Source: an uncultured Spartobacteria bacterium
GTDB taxonomy: Bacteria > Verrucomicrobiota > Verrucomicrobiia > Chthoniobacterales > UBA6821
Reading direction: 5' to 3'
Length of the DNA stretch: 64,000 bases
Assembly: GCA_903868795.1 (NCBI GenBank)
Contig: CAIPWR010000128.1
Span: forward strand, 5,953-69,952
The notes beneath the pieces are model-generated. The model did no database searches. It was given only the letters and a program-made list of their open reading frames with translations, and was not told where the DNA came from. The position numbers and the translations under genes are program-made. Below are positions 43,739 to 52,748 of the stretch, piece by piece (within the stretch, counting starts at the first letter, position 1; every line of letters begins with the position of its first letter).

Positions 43739-43934
43739 TGGAAATGAACAGAGAGAGCGAAACGCTGGTGAGAGGTTTAAAAGTTGGAAGGTGAAAAGGT
43801 GTAAACCAAACCGTACGCAAAAAGCTAGGGAGAGGCCGCGAAGCGGGGCGCGTCAGGCACCACTTCATCGGGGAGGATTTTGGCGTCAAAAACTTAAACC
43901 GGCGTCGCTAGAATCTCAGCCAACTTTTTGTGGC

Positions 43935-44270
43935 CTAAAACAAGATGGCATCCAGAATGGCAAGCACATCATCTACAAGCTCTCGCGGGGCGCATTCAAT
44001 AAACTTCATACGTCGAGCCCGAAAATCCAACGACTTTACCTGATCGCACATCACGAAACCAGTCAACGAGCAACGATCCGTTACTTGGATATGGAGCGAA
44101 ATCTTTCGGTCCGTATTGGTTATTGGACAACAGATCGCCATGCCCGTTCTTTCATTAAAGGCCTCCTTACTGAGAACCAAGGCCGGACGTCTGCCTCTCT
44201 GTTCATGGCCGGATTGAGGGTCAAAATCCAGGGACACCAATTCACCCTGCTTTGGAATGTACGAAGCCAT
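43935..44270 (-). CDS. mazF: Type II toxin, MazF/PemK family endoribonuclease
   Basis: 111 aa. YIPKQGELVSLDFDPQSGHEQRGRRPALVLS ... MAICCPITN is the classic MazF/ChpB pattern. Confidence 0.85.
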   Translation of the reverse strand: MASYIPKQGELVSLDFDPQSGHEQRGRRPALVLSKEAFNERTGMAICCPITNTDRKISLHIQVTDRCSLTGFVMCDQVKSLDFRARRMKFIECAPRELVDDVLAILDAILF

Positions 44271-44531
44271 TTACCAGATCTCGTTGCCCTTTGCGTCCAA
44301 AAAGAATTCCTTTGCCCTGTAGTTTCTGGGCATCTTGGAAAGCAAATCCTCAATCCTGTGCCTTCCTCGAACAGTGACTGCTTCCTGGACTGGTTTCACG
44401 ATAATCGAATCCTTTTTAGGAGAGAGTTCAACTTGAAGTCGCATCCCTGTTTTGAGCTGTAGCGCCGCCAGCAATGATTTCGGAAGACGAACGCCCTGAC
44501 TGTTACCCCAAGCTTGTAGTGTCGTTGTCAT
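44271..44531 (-). CDS. mazE: Type II antitoxin, MazE/AbrB (SpoVT) family
   Basis: From the ATG at 44531, MTTTLQAWGNSQGVRLPKSLL is the AbrB-type swapped-hairpin motif. Its stop abuts the mazF start with no gap. Confidence 0.8.
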   Translation of the reverse strand: MTTTLQAWGNSQGVRLPKSLLAALQLKTGMRLQVELSPKKDSIIVKPVQEAVTVRGRHRIEDLLSKMPRNYRAKEFFLDAKGNEIW

Positions 44532-44704
44532 GCCAGAAATGTATAGCCACAGGATAAACACAACAAGCGGTTTTAACCCCCGCTACCACTTCAACTCTCA
44601 ACTTTAACTTGTCACTCCCTCCACCTCTCGTGAACAAGGGGGACTCGGTCGTAAATTCACTTTTACCACCCACTTTCGCTTTTAGCTTTTAACCTTCAGC
44701 TTTT

Positions 44705-46084
44705 TTAAGCTGGCTTACCGATTGCAAAGACTCGGAAGCCGATTTCCTTAAGCTTGGCGTGAGGGAGGATGTTGCGCCCATCAAAGAGGAATGCAGGCTT
44801 GAGCATGCCATGGTGAATCTTCTGGAAGTCGAGATCTTTGAACTCGTCCCACTCGGTGAGTACCGCAACGGCATGCGCGCCATCGCAGGCCTCAAGAGCG
44901 GTCTTGACCACGATGAGGTTGGGGTTGGGGTTGGTGCCGGTACCGAGAACATCAGCTCGGATCTGCTCTTCGCTGACCTGGGGATCATAGACGACTACCT
45001 TCGCTCCCTCAGCAAGAAGATCGCGGCAGACGGAAATGGCAGCTGTTTCGCGGGTGTCGTTGGTATCTTTCTTGAAGGCAAAACCGAGAATACCAATATG
45101 CTTGCCGTTAACGGTATTGAAGAGGTCGCTAACGATGCGACCACTGAAGCGGGACTTCTGCCAGTCGTTCATTTTGACAACGCTCTCCCAGTAGGCAGCG
45201 ACTTCAGGCAAACCAAAGTGCTGGCAGAGATAGGTGAGGTTCAGAATGTCCTTTTGGAAACAGGAACCTCCGTAGCCAACCGAGGCTTTGAGAAATTTGG
45301 GTCCAATGCGCGAGTCCTTACCAATGGCACGAGCGACCTCATCCACATCGGCACCAGTTGCCTCACAGAGAGCGGAAATCGAATTAATCGAGGAGATGCG
45401 CTGAGCCAGGAAGGCATTCGCGACGAGTTTGGAGAGTTCTGAGGACCAGAGATTCGTGGCGAGGATCTTCTCACGGGGAATCCAACGAGCGTAGATGGCA
45501 GCGACCTTCTCGATGGCCGCGAGCCCCTCGGGAGTCTGCTCGCCTCCGATCAGAACTCGATCGGGATTTTCGAGATCCTCGATAGCCGTTCCCTCAGCCA
45601 GAAACTCAGGATTGGAGAGGACCTGGAACGTACCGCTCTTAGAGTTGGACCTAAGAATCGTGAGCATCGCCTCGGCGGTCTTCACAGGGATCGTACTCTT
45701 TTCAACAATGATCTTTGGCCCCACGGATTCCTCAGCGATCATTCTTGCGGCGGACTCGATGTACTTGAGATCGGCGGCGCGGCCTGCACCGACCCCGTAG
45801 GTCTTCGTCGGGGTACCGACGCTGACAAAGATGATGTCGGCCTCGCGGATGGCCTTGCGAACATCGGTCGAGAAAAAGAGATTCCTATTCCGGGCCGATT
45901 CGACGACCTGCTGGAGACCAGGCTCATAGACGGGAAGGGCGTCACTATTCCAAGCAGCAATCCTCTTTTCATTCGGATCAGTCACGGTGACGCGAATATC
46001 AGGGCACTTTGCCGCGATCATGGCCATGGTGGGGCCGCCGACATAACCAGCACCGAGACAGCAGATAGAGAGGGATGTGGACAT
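44705..46084 (-). CDS. ugd: UDP-glucose 6-dehydrogenase
   Basis: 459 aa with the Rossmann motif [12 protein letters not shown] and the catalytic-Cys block [10 protein letters not shown]. Its length is typical of the long (eukaryote-like) UGDH class. Confidence 0.85.
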   Translation of the reverse strand: MSTSLSICCLGAGYVGGPTMAMIAAKCPDIRVTVTDPNEKRIAAWNSDALPVYEPGLQQVVESARNRNLFFSTDVRKAIREADIIFVSVGTPTKTYGVGAGRAADLKYIESAARMIAEESVGPKIIVEKSTIPVKTAEAMLTILRSNSKSGTFQVLSNPEFLAEGTAIEDLENPDRVLIGGEQTPEGLAAIEKVAAIYARWIPREKILATNLWSSELSKLVANAFLAQRISSINSISALCEATGADVDEVARAIGKDSRIGPKFLKASVGYGGSCFQKDILNLTYLCQHFGLPEVAAYWESVVKMNDWQKSRFSGRIVSDLFNTVNGKHIGILGFAFKKDTNDTRETAAISVCRDLLAEGAKVVVYDPQVSEEQIRADVLGTGTNPNPNLIVVKTALEACDGAHAVAVLTEWDEFKDLDFQKIHHGMLKPAFLFDGRNILPHAKLKEIGFRVFAIGKPA

Positions 46085-46249
46085 AGGGAAAGTTTAAAGG
46101 CTAGAGGCTGAAGAATGGAAGACGAGGGTCGAGAGCCTTGGAGGGTGAAGGTTATTTGAGGACGGAGGAAGGGAAGGAATCTAATGAATCAAGGAAAGAA
46201 AGAAAAGTTAAACAGGAAGAATATCAGACAACTTGGTAAGGAGGCGCAA

Positions 46250-46495
46250 TTAAGCCTTCAGAAACTGACCGAAGTCACCCTCAAGTATGCCTTGCAGTGA
46301 AAGATCCTCATCGAGATCAGGCCAATGAAGTCCAAAGGGCGAGATTTCAATATGATTGAGCTGATCAGGAGTACCTGTAGCCAACCGAATATTATCCTTC
46401 ACGGGGAACTTCAGCTCCACGCCACCATGCATCTGCACGATGATAAAACCTTCATTATAGAATGCTTTCTTAGCGGTATCAGCCAAGGTACTCAT
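46250..46495 (-). CDS. DUF2442 domain protein
   Basis: From the ATG at 46495 the ORF is about 81 aa. It ends with the block ISPFGLHWPDLDEDLSL typical of DUF2442. It overlaps the upstream DUF4160 gene by 17 nt. Confidence 0.6.
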   Translation of the reverse strand: MSTLADTAKKAFYNEGFIIVQMHGGVELKFPVKDNIRLATGTPDQLNHIEISPFGLHWPDLDEDLSLQGILEGDFGQFLKA

Positions 46496-46712
46496 GCCAC
46501 TTTTGGATGATAATCTCTCTGTTCTCTTCCGCAAGCTCTTGTACTCTGGATAGATCAGCGATTTTGAACCCATGAGACTCTCGAAGCTCCACACCATCCT
46601 CTACATTGAAAATCGCTTCTGCTCCGGACTTTCTTACATGATCGTGAATGGGCAGGTGGTCGTTGCTGTAGAAAGCAAACTTGAATCCATCTGTCTCGAA
46701 AATTAACGGCAC
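46479..46712 (-). CDS. DUF4160 domain protein
   Basis: 77 aa with a GTG start. FYSNDHLPIHDHV resembles the DUF4160 signature (F..NDH.PPH.H). It forms the frequently seen DUF4160-DUF2442 gene pair. Confidence 0.6.
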   Translation of the reverse strand: MPLIFETDGFKFAFYSNDHLPIHDHVRKSGAEAIFNVEDGVELRESHGFKIADLSRVQELAEENREIIIQKWHEYLG

Positions 46713-46772
46713 TGAATAGAGCAGAGTGTCAGTGAAATAACGCTGGGCTTTGATTAAAAAACCTCCCCTCGC

Positions 46773-47705
46773 CTATTTGTCGAGTGCGGATTTGAAGTAT
46801 GCGATGGTCTTCTCAATACCCTGCTCGAGGGGGACTTTAGGCTCCCAACCGAGTGTTTCCTTGGCAAGAGAGATGTCGGGACGACGCTGTTTCGGATCAT
46901 CGGAGGGAAGCGGGAGATGGGTAATCTTCGATTTGCCACCGACCTTCTTAAGAACGAGTTCGGCCAGCTGGAGCATGGTGAACTCACCTGGGTTGCCAAG
47001 GTTCATGGGGCCGACAATCTTCTCCTGCTCCATGAAGCGCATGAATCCGTCGACGAGATCGTCGACATAGCAGAAGGATCGGGTCTGAGATCCCTCGCCG
47101 TAAACCGTAAGGTCCCTACCCTGAAGGGCCTGGACGATGAAGTTGGAGACAACCCGTCCATCATCGGGCAGCATGCGCGGACCGTAAGTGTTGAAAATGC
47201 GGATCACTCGGATATCGACGCCATTCTCGCGGTGATAATCGAAAAAGAGCGTCTCAGCAGCTCGCTTCCCCTCGTCGTAGCAAGAACGCAAACCGATCGG
47301 GTTTACATGGCCCCAATAGGCCTCTGGCTGAGGATGAACGTTGGGATCACCGTAGACCTCCGAGGTGGAAGCCTGAAAGACACGAGCCTTAACCCGCTTG
47401 GCGAGACCAAGGCAGTTAATGGCTCCGACCACGGAGGTCTTCATCGTCTTGATCGGATTATACTGGTAGTGCGGAGGAGAAGCAGGGCAGGCAAGGTTAT
47501 AGATACGGTCTACCTCGAACTTGAATGGATCTATCACATCATGGCGTACGAGTTCAAAGCGGGGATTCCCGACAAGATGCTGGATATTGGCCTTGCGCCC
47601 GGTAAAGAAATTGTCGAGGCAGATGACTTCATGCCCCTGCTCGATGAGACGATCGCAAAGATGGGAACCGAGAAATCCGGCTCCGCCGGTGATGAGGATA
47701 CGCAT
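46773..47705 (-). CDS. uxs: UDP-glucuronate decarboxylase (UDP-xylose synthase)
   Basis: 310 aa with [19 protein letters not shown], the catalytic block [10 protein letters not shown] and overall UXS collinearity. Confidence 0.85.
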   Translation of the reverse strand: MRILITGGAGFLGSHLCDRLIEQGHEVICLDNFFTGRKANIQHLVGNPRFELVRHDVIDPFKFEVDRIYNLACPASPPHYQYNPIKTMKTSVVGAINCLGLAKRVKARVFQASTSEVYGDPNVHPQPEAYWGHVNPIGLRSCYDEGKRAAETLFFDYHRENGVDIRVIRIFNTYGPRMLPDDGRVVSNFIVQALQGRDLTVYGEGSQTRSFCYVDDLVDGFMRFMEQEKIVGPMNLGNPGEFTMLQLAELVLKKVGGKSKITHLPLPSDDPKQRRPDISLAKETLGWEPKVPLEQGIEKTIAYFKSALDK

Positions 47706-47881
47706 ATGTGAAAGTGTTAAAGGGTAGAGGTTAAAGGCTAAAGTAAAAAAGATTTAGAACGCTGCCGAACTTGGTCGGAACGCCGCACTTGGCGGAATAA
47801 TGACCTGGGGGGAGAGTCGCAGAATCTGGTCAAAGAGTGACCGGTGACGGGTAATCGGGACTCCAAAAAGGAAATAAGGGC

Positions 47882-50212
47882 TCAACTTCCATAGACACCC
47901 TTGCCTCCATAGGAGCCATAATACTTTCCAGAATAGTAATAGGCATAGGCACCGCCACCCGTAGGGATGCAGTTGAAGATGAGTCCCGCGGGCTTGATCT
48001 TCACATCAGCCAGTGTCTTCAGCGCACGCGCAACCATCTTGCGGGGAGTCAGGAAGGAGCGAACAACCAAGCACACCACATCTGCAGAGGGGGCAATCAA
48101 CAGTGTGTCGCTAACAGCAAGGATAGGAGCGGAGTCAATGACAACTCTGTCATATTTCGTCAAAGCATCGGTGAGGAAGTCGCGGAACTTCTTGCCGGCA
48201 AGAAGTTCGGAAGGGTTGGAAGAGAGTCCGCCTGCCGTCATCACGGTAAGCCCCTCAACGCCGCCTGCATTGACAGCATCGGCCGCTGTCACAGTCCCCA
48301 AAAGCACTTCTGAGAGACCAGGCTTGCGATTGATACCGAAAAACATCCGAGAGATGGATGGCTTACGCAGGTCAGCATCCACAAGCAGAGTCTTGAATCC
48401 CTGCTGGGCAAGCGTGGTGGCGAAGTTGGAGGAACAGAAGGATTTACCCTCCGAAGGAAGAGCACTCGTGATGAGGAAGGAGCGTTGGTTCTCAACCAGT
48501 GCATTCGTGGCAATCGTGGCACGCAGGGAACGGAAGGCCTCGGCTACCAGACCACTGCGATCCTCCTTAACGACCAACTCTCCACCCTGCGGCAGGGTGG
48601 TGGCCATGTGGGGGTGACCGATCATGGCAAAAGAGGGACTCAGGATATTTTGTAAATCGAACAGTCGAGAAGAAAGCGGACGAGCCTTGTCGCGCAGAGT
48701 GAGCACGGCATTTTTCCAAGCGGCCCGAATCTCTTGGTACTGTTCCTTGGATAGGAATCCGAACCTTGAAGTAGAACCCTCACCTACCTGAGGAATAGCA
48801 GCCGCAACGGCGATACCTGTCAGACGCTCAATCTGATCGACGGTCTTCAGGCTCGTGTCGAGCTTGTGAAGTCCAAGAACAATAGCAATCCCAATGCCTA
48901 ACCCGTTCAGAATTGCACCCAGCAGGATCATGAGGGGAGGCTTTCCGACAGGGCCTGCAACCATCGCCATTTCCTGAATCTGCACGGGGGACTCGGAAAG
49001 CTCCTTGGTCATGTCGATTTCCTTGATACGCCCCAGAACTGCAGCATAGAGCGCCGTATCGGTTTCCAACTCACGCTTTAGGTCATTGTACTCGATCGAC
49101 TTGCCGGTCACCTCTAGGAGGCGTTTCTCCGCATTCTCACGATCGATTTGGGTTGCCGTTGCCTGTGCTTCCAGACTCGACTTGATGGACTGGAGAAGCC
49201 CCACGACATCGGAGAGAACTTTATCGAGCCCATTGGAAGTAATACCGATCTGGGTCGTGGTAGAGATGTAGAGTGGATGCTTGGGACGGTAGCGCTGCTG
49301 TACCATGACGAGCTGACCTTTGAGTGAATCCAATTGAGTTACCAGGGATGCCACTTTGGGCTCATTGGCAACGCTCGGAAGTCGCAGGAGTTCCTGGGTG
49401 TTCCCTTGGTTCTGCTTGGCAATGTTAAGATCGCTGTTGATCTGGGTCAGCCTGGACTGGATGGCGCTTTGCCGGTTGTTCAGTTCCGTGATCTGTGTCT
49501 GTGCCTCCAGAAGCATCGACTCGATCGATGCCGCGCGCTCCCTCTCGCGGAAGCTCTGCATCCCCTCCTCGGAGGCACGCATCTTCTTCCGAAGTCGGGA
49601 GGATTCATCCATCAGGAAGGAGCTCGCGGAACGGGCCGCATCGACCTGCAGGTCTCGAACATAACGCAGGTACTCGTCCGCGTAGGCATTCGCAAGTTTG
49701 ATGGAGACAACGGGATCCCGAGTCGTGACAACGAGATCGATGAGGCGGGTATTCAGACGGAAGCTGGGGGTGATTGTCTTGCAGAGGGCCGCGGCTGCTC
49801 GCTCTGGCGATGTTTCGTTGCCACGGATGCCGACAGAGGCAAGGAATTCATGATCCTGGGCCAGTTTGAGATGGTTCACCACACGAAGGGCAAAGGGATA
49901 GCTTTTGAGGAGTTCCAGGAGCGTGTTGACCATGTCCGCACTCTTGATCTGGACATCGCTGACCTCCTCGATCTTGTTGCTGAGGACCCGCGATTTGTCT
50001 GCACTGATCACCATGATGCATCGGGCGGCGAAGCGTCCTTGTTGGGTAGCTGCTGAAAACACGCCCCAGAGTGTCGCCAGAACAACGCAGAGAATGATGA
50101 TCCAAGCATGCGACTTGAGGGCGTGATAATACTCTCTCCAGTCGAATCCCTCCGGAGAGGCATGATTAAGCGAAATCTGGTGGTTGGTAACCTGTGGGGC
50201 TGCGGTCTGCAT
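47882..50212 (-). CDS. wzc: Polysaccharide co-polymerase / tyrosine autokinase (Wzc/GumC-like)
   Basis: 776 aa with a Wzz-like N-terminal TM, a long coiled periplasmic region and a second TM. The cytoplasmic P-loop kinase has SALPSEGKS (Walker A), LLVDADLRKP (A') and VVIDSAP (B). It ends in the Tyr-rich tail AYAYYYSGKYYGSYGGKGVYGS. Confidence 0.85.
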   Translation of the reverse strand: MQTAAPQVTNHQISLNHASPEGFDWREYYHALKSHAWIIILCVVLATLWGVFSAATQQGRFAARCIMVISADKSRVLSNKIEEVSDVQIKSADMVNTLLELLKSYPFALRVVNHLKLAQDHEFLASVGIRGNETSPERAAAALCKTITPSFRLNTRLIDLVVTTRDPVVSIKLANAYADEYLRYVRDLQVDAARSASSFLMDESSRLRKKMRASEEGMQSFRERERAASIESMLLEAQTQITELNNRQSAIQSRLTQINSDLNIAKQNQGNTQELLRLPSVANEPKVASLVTQLDSLKGQLVMVQQRYRPKHPLYISTTTQIGITSNGLDKVLSDVVGLLQSIKSSLEAQATATQIDRENAEKRLLEVTGKSIEYNDLKRELETDTALYAAVLGRIKEIDMTKELSESPVQIQEMAMVAGPVGKPPLMILLGAILNGLGIGIAIVLGLHKLDTSLKTVDQIERLTGIAVAAAIPQVGEGSTSRFGFLSKEQYQEIRAAWKNAVLTLRDKARPLSSRLFDLQNILSPSFAMIGHPHMATTLPQGGELVVKEDRSGLVAEAFRSLRATIATNALVENQRSFLITSALPSEGKSFCSSNFATTLAQQGFKTLLVDADLRKPSISRMFFGINRKPGLSEVLLGTVTAADAVNAGGVEGLTVMTAGGLSSNPSELLAGKKFRDFLTDALTKYDRVVIDSAPILAVSDTLLIAPSADVVCLVVRSFLTPRKMVARALKTLADVKIKPAGLIFNCIPTGGGAYAYYYSGKYYGSYGGKGVYGS

Positions 50213-50239
50213 GAAAAATGAATGTTGGAGCGACTCTCC

Positions 50240-51034
50240 TCAGTACCAACTCTCCCCGACATTGATGACATCACCAGGCTCAATGGGGAACTTATCCTTG
50301 CCGTCACCGGCAATTTTCTTGGCATTCACCTTGAGCGTGCGGAAGGAATCTCCCTCCTTTCGCTTCACGATGATGTGACCCCTGTCGGCGATCCTAGTGA
50401 ATCCCCCAGCCATGGCGATCGCTTCGAGCAAGCCGAGATCCTCCCCCCCCGAGAACTCATAGGTCCCGGGACGCTGAACTTGTCCAATGATGTTGAATTT
50501 GCGGGAATTGAAGGCGGCAATATTGAGGTAGATCTGAGGGTCGACGATGTAGTCCGCATTATATTTGTTACGCAGCAGGGCTGTGGCCGCCCTGATGGTG
50601 AGACCCTGCAGTTTGATCTCCCCTAGCAGCGGCAACTGCACCATCCCATCCTTGCCAAGTCGGGAGCGAATACTCAGATCGGGTTCATGAAAAATCACCA
50701 TCTCAACGGTGTCGCCCGCCTTGAGCACATAATCACCGCTGGCAGCGCCAAGACCACTACCACCCGGTGAACCTGGAGCTCCCCCACCTGAATCTGAACT
50801 CGGAGCGGCTGAGACCGGGGCAGCCACCTGAGCAGCAACCGGGGCTGCTGCGGCTGCTCCAACGGGATGCGAATCAGCAGCAGGGGCTGCCTGTACGGGC
50901 TGGCTAGTCAGCGGAGCGATGGCCGTGGCCTGCCCGAAAATCGAAGATCCCCCCGCTCCGGCAATCATCACGAGGCAACAGAGGGCACGGAACCTGACGA
51001 AGCCATGGGGGGTGGGAAACATTCGTGAAAACAT
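50240..51034 (-). CDS. wza: Polysaccharide export protein (Wza-like: Poly_export + SLBB)
   Basis: 264 aa with a signal peptide, an Ala/Pro/Gly-rich linker, then YVLKAGDTVEMVIFHEPDLS and the SLBB-like block GQVQRPGTYEF. Confidence 0.8.
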   Translation of the reverse strand: MFSRMFPTPHGFVRFRALCCLVMIAGAGGSSIFGQATAIAPLTSQPVQAAPAADSHPVGAAAAAPVAAQVAAPVSAAPSSDSGGGAPGSPGGSGLGAASGDYVLKAGDTVEMVIFHEPDLSIRSRLGKDGMVQLPLLGEIKLQGLTIRAATALLRNKYNADYIVDPQIYLNIAAFNSRKFNIIGQVQRPGTYEFSGGEDLGLLEAIAMAGGFTRIADRGHIIVKRKEGDSFRTLKVNAKKIAGDGKDKFPIEPGDVINVGESWY

Positions 51035-51052
51035 AAGTCAAAAGTGAAAAAA

Positions 51053-52660
51053 CTACAGAGCGAAATTGAGGGTGATCGAATACCAGGCCTGGGCGGCTGG
51101 ACTACCGGAACTTCCGGAACCCGACTGCGACTGACCTGTATTGTAGTAGAGGGTATTGGAGAGATTGATCGAATCGCGGATCTTCCAGATAAGGGAGGCT
51201 TGGGCAATGTAGAAATTGCTGGGCAGATGACTGGTATTCTGGCTGGAAGTATTAGCTGAGAGGTTCACATAGGATTGGGAGGTGTACCCCGCGGAGAGGT
51301 TCAGATTCAGCACATCCTTCCTAAGGATCTGCGTCATGGTTCCAATGATGTTACGACTCACCAGATATTGGGAGGAGACGGAATTTGCAAAATTCTGGGT
51401 CTGAGAGACCCCGAGGGAAAACTGGGTCTTTTCACGGGGGTTCCAGTTCAGCATAAAGTTCAGGCCCGGGGTCACGTCCGCCCCTTGAATGCCGGCACTT
51501 AGGGTAGCAGAGGTCTTCTCTGTAGGGGTGTATCCGACCCCGACCGACCATGCGGGAAAAAGACCGTTATCGGTAGAATTGGTGATTCCCGTGGAGGTCA
51601 CATACCGGGCGCCGAGGGAGGCGTTGAGGGTAAGTTTTCCCGTGAAGTCGTATTTCACATTTGGGAGAATCTGGGCGGAGTTACGAGCTGAGATCTGCGA
51701 GCTAGTCAGCGGGGCGTTGGTTCCACCCGCAGTCGTCCCTGCTCCTAGGGACTGGGAGGTACGACCAGCACCAAAGTTCAAACTGACATGGGTTTTGTCC
51801 GAAAAGTCATACTCGGGCGCAAAGTTTCCAAAAAGGCTCGTCGTGTTATTATTGGGGGTGTTTTTCGATTGGGAGGAGTTCTGCAGCGAGTAACCCGCCG
51901 TTGTATTGAGTGCGGAGTACTGCCCGAGCGTGTATTTGAAGTCCGTGGTTCCCCCCACCGTCGTCTGTTTGTTGTTGGATCCGGAGGCTATATCATACCC
52001 AGTGCCTTCCGATGCATTGAGCATGGCCGTGATAACATAACGGCTCATTGCCAACATCGTCTTGATGAATGCTGTCTGAGAAAGGGGATTCCGTTGGCTG
52101 CCACTACCATCTCCACCGCCCGTGAAGTTTTGATTGAGAAAATATTTGTAGCCGGCGGAGTAGCCGAAAGAAAGATTCCAAGGCCCCTGATCACGATCGA
52201 AAAGAAAAGCTCCGGCCGGGGCCAAAAAGATACTGTTCGCCGTTCCATAGCTGGAGGCTGAGTTGGTGGACTTGGTTCCCGAAGTCGAAGTCTGAACAGT
52301 GGTGTTGGTGGTCAGGGATCCCTGATTGTCAATTTCCCAACCCACTCCCAATGAGGGCTTGAAGGAGAAGGGAGAGGGAGACTTGACGGCGGCCAGAGAG
52401 GCATCGACCTCGCGCTGGACTTCATCGGGAGTCTGAAGAGAACCGACAAGAGACTGAAGTCCCCCGAAGGGAGAGACAGATGATCCCAAGGCAAGCTGAT
52501 CCACCTGTTCCCCCACCCACTGCGAACGGAACTGGTTCTGCTGCACCGTGGGAACCCACTGGGCATGGGCCGATACCGCAATCCCCAGAAGAACGCCAAA
52601 AAACAATCCCCCAAGCAAAAACTTGGTAAAATCGGAACGTTTTCCATTTCCAGAGGGCAT
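51053..52660 (-). CDS. Predicted outer-membrane beta-barrel protein (EPS-locus associated)
   Basis: 535 aa with a signal peptide ending AHA|QW. The S/T/N/G/Y-rich sequence has alternating hydrophobic residues throughout and a beta-strand-like C-terminus (YSITLNFAL). The call rests on composition and context. Confidence 0.45.
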   Translation of the reverse strand: MPSGNGKRSDFTKFLLGGLFFGVLLGIAVSAHAQWVPTVQQNQFRSQWVGEQVDQLALGSSVSPFGGLQSLVGSLQTPDEVQREVDASLAAVKSPSPFSFKPSLGVGWEIDNQGSLTTNTTVQTSTSGTKSTNSASSYGTANSIFLAPAGAFLFDRDQGPWNLSFGYSAGYKYFLNQNFTGGGDGSGSQRNPLSQTAFIKTMLAMSRYVITAMLNASEGTGYDIASGSNNKQTTVGGTTDFKYTLGQYSALNTTAGYSLQNSSQSKNTPNNNTTSLFGNFAPEYDFSDKTHVSLNFGAGRTSQSLGAGTTAGGTNAPLTSSQISARNSAQILPNVKYDFTGKLTLNASLGARYVTSTGITNSTDNGLFPAWSVGVGYTPTEKTSATLSAGIQGADVTPGLNFMLNWNPREKTQFSLGVSQTQNFANSVSSQYLVSRNIIGTMTQILRKDVLNLNLSAGYTSQSYVNLSANTSSQNTSHLPSNFYIAQASLIWKIRDSINLSNTLYYNTGQSQSGSGSSGSPAAQAWYSITLNFAL

Positions 52661-52748
52661 CTCAAAAGGGAAAAGTTAAAAAGGGAAAGTTGAAAGCGGA
52701 AAAAGCCTCCCGTGATCCCATGGGCCCCTCATCCACGCCCATCGTTTT

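Noticed and set aside
47757-47795. Two adjacent similar units, GAACGCTGCCGAACTTGGTCG and GAACGCCGCACTTGGCG, each able to form a small hairpin, lying between wzc and uxs
   Set aside because: The stems are only 4 bp (CCGA/TCGG and CCGC/GCGG). That is too weak to call a terminator or riboswitch-like element without conservation data.
50750-50940. The Ala/Pro/Gly-rich low-complexity stretch near the N-terminus of Wza (AAPAADSHPVGAAAAAPVAAQVAAPVSAAPSSDSGGGAPGSPGGSG), considered as a possible separate feature or frameshift
   Set aside because: It is in frame and continuous with the signal peptide and the Poly_export domain. It is most simply a flexible linker after the signal peptide, and I see no evidence of a disrupted gene.
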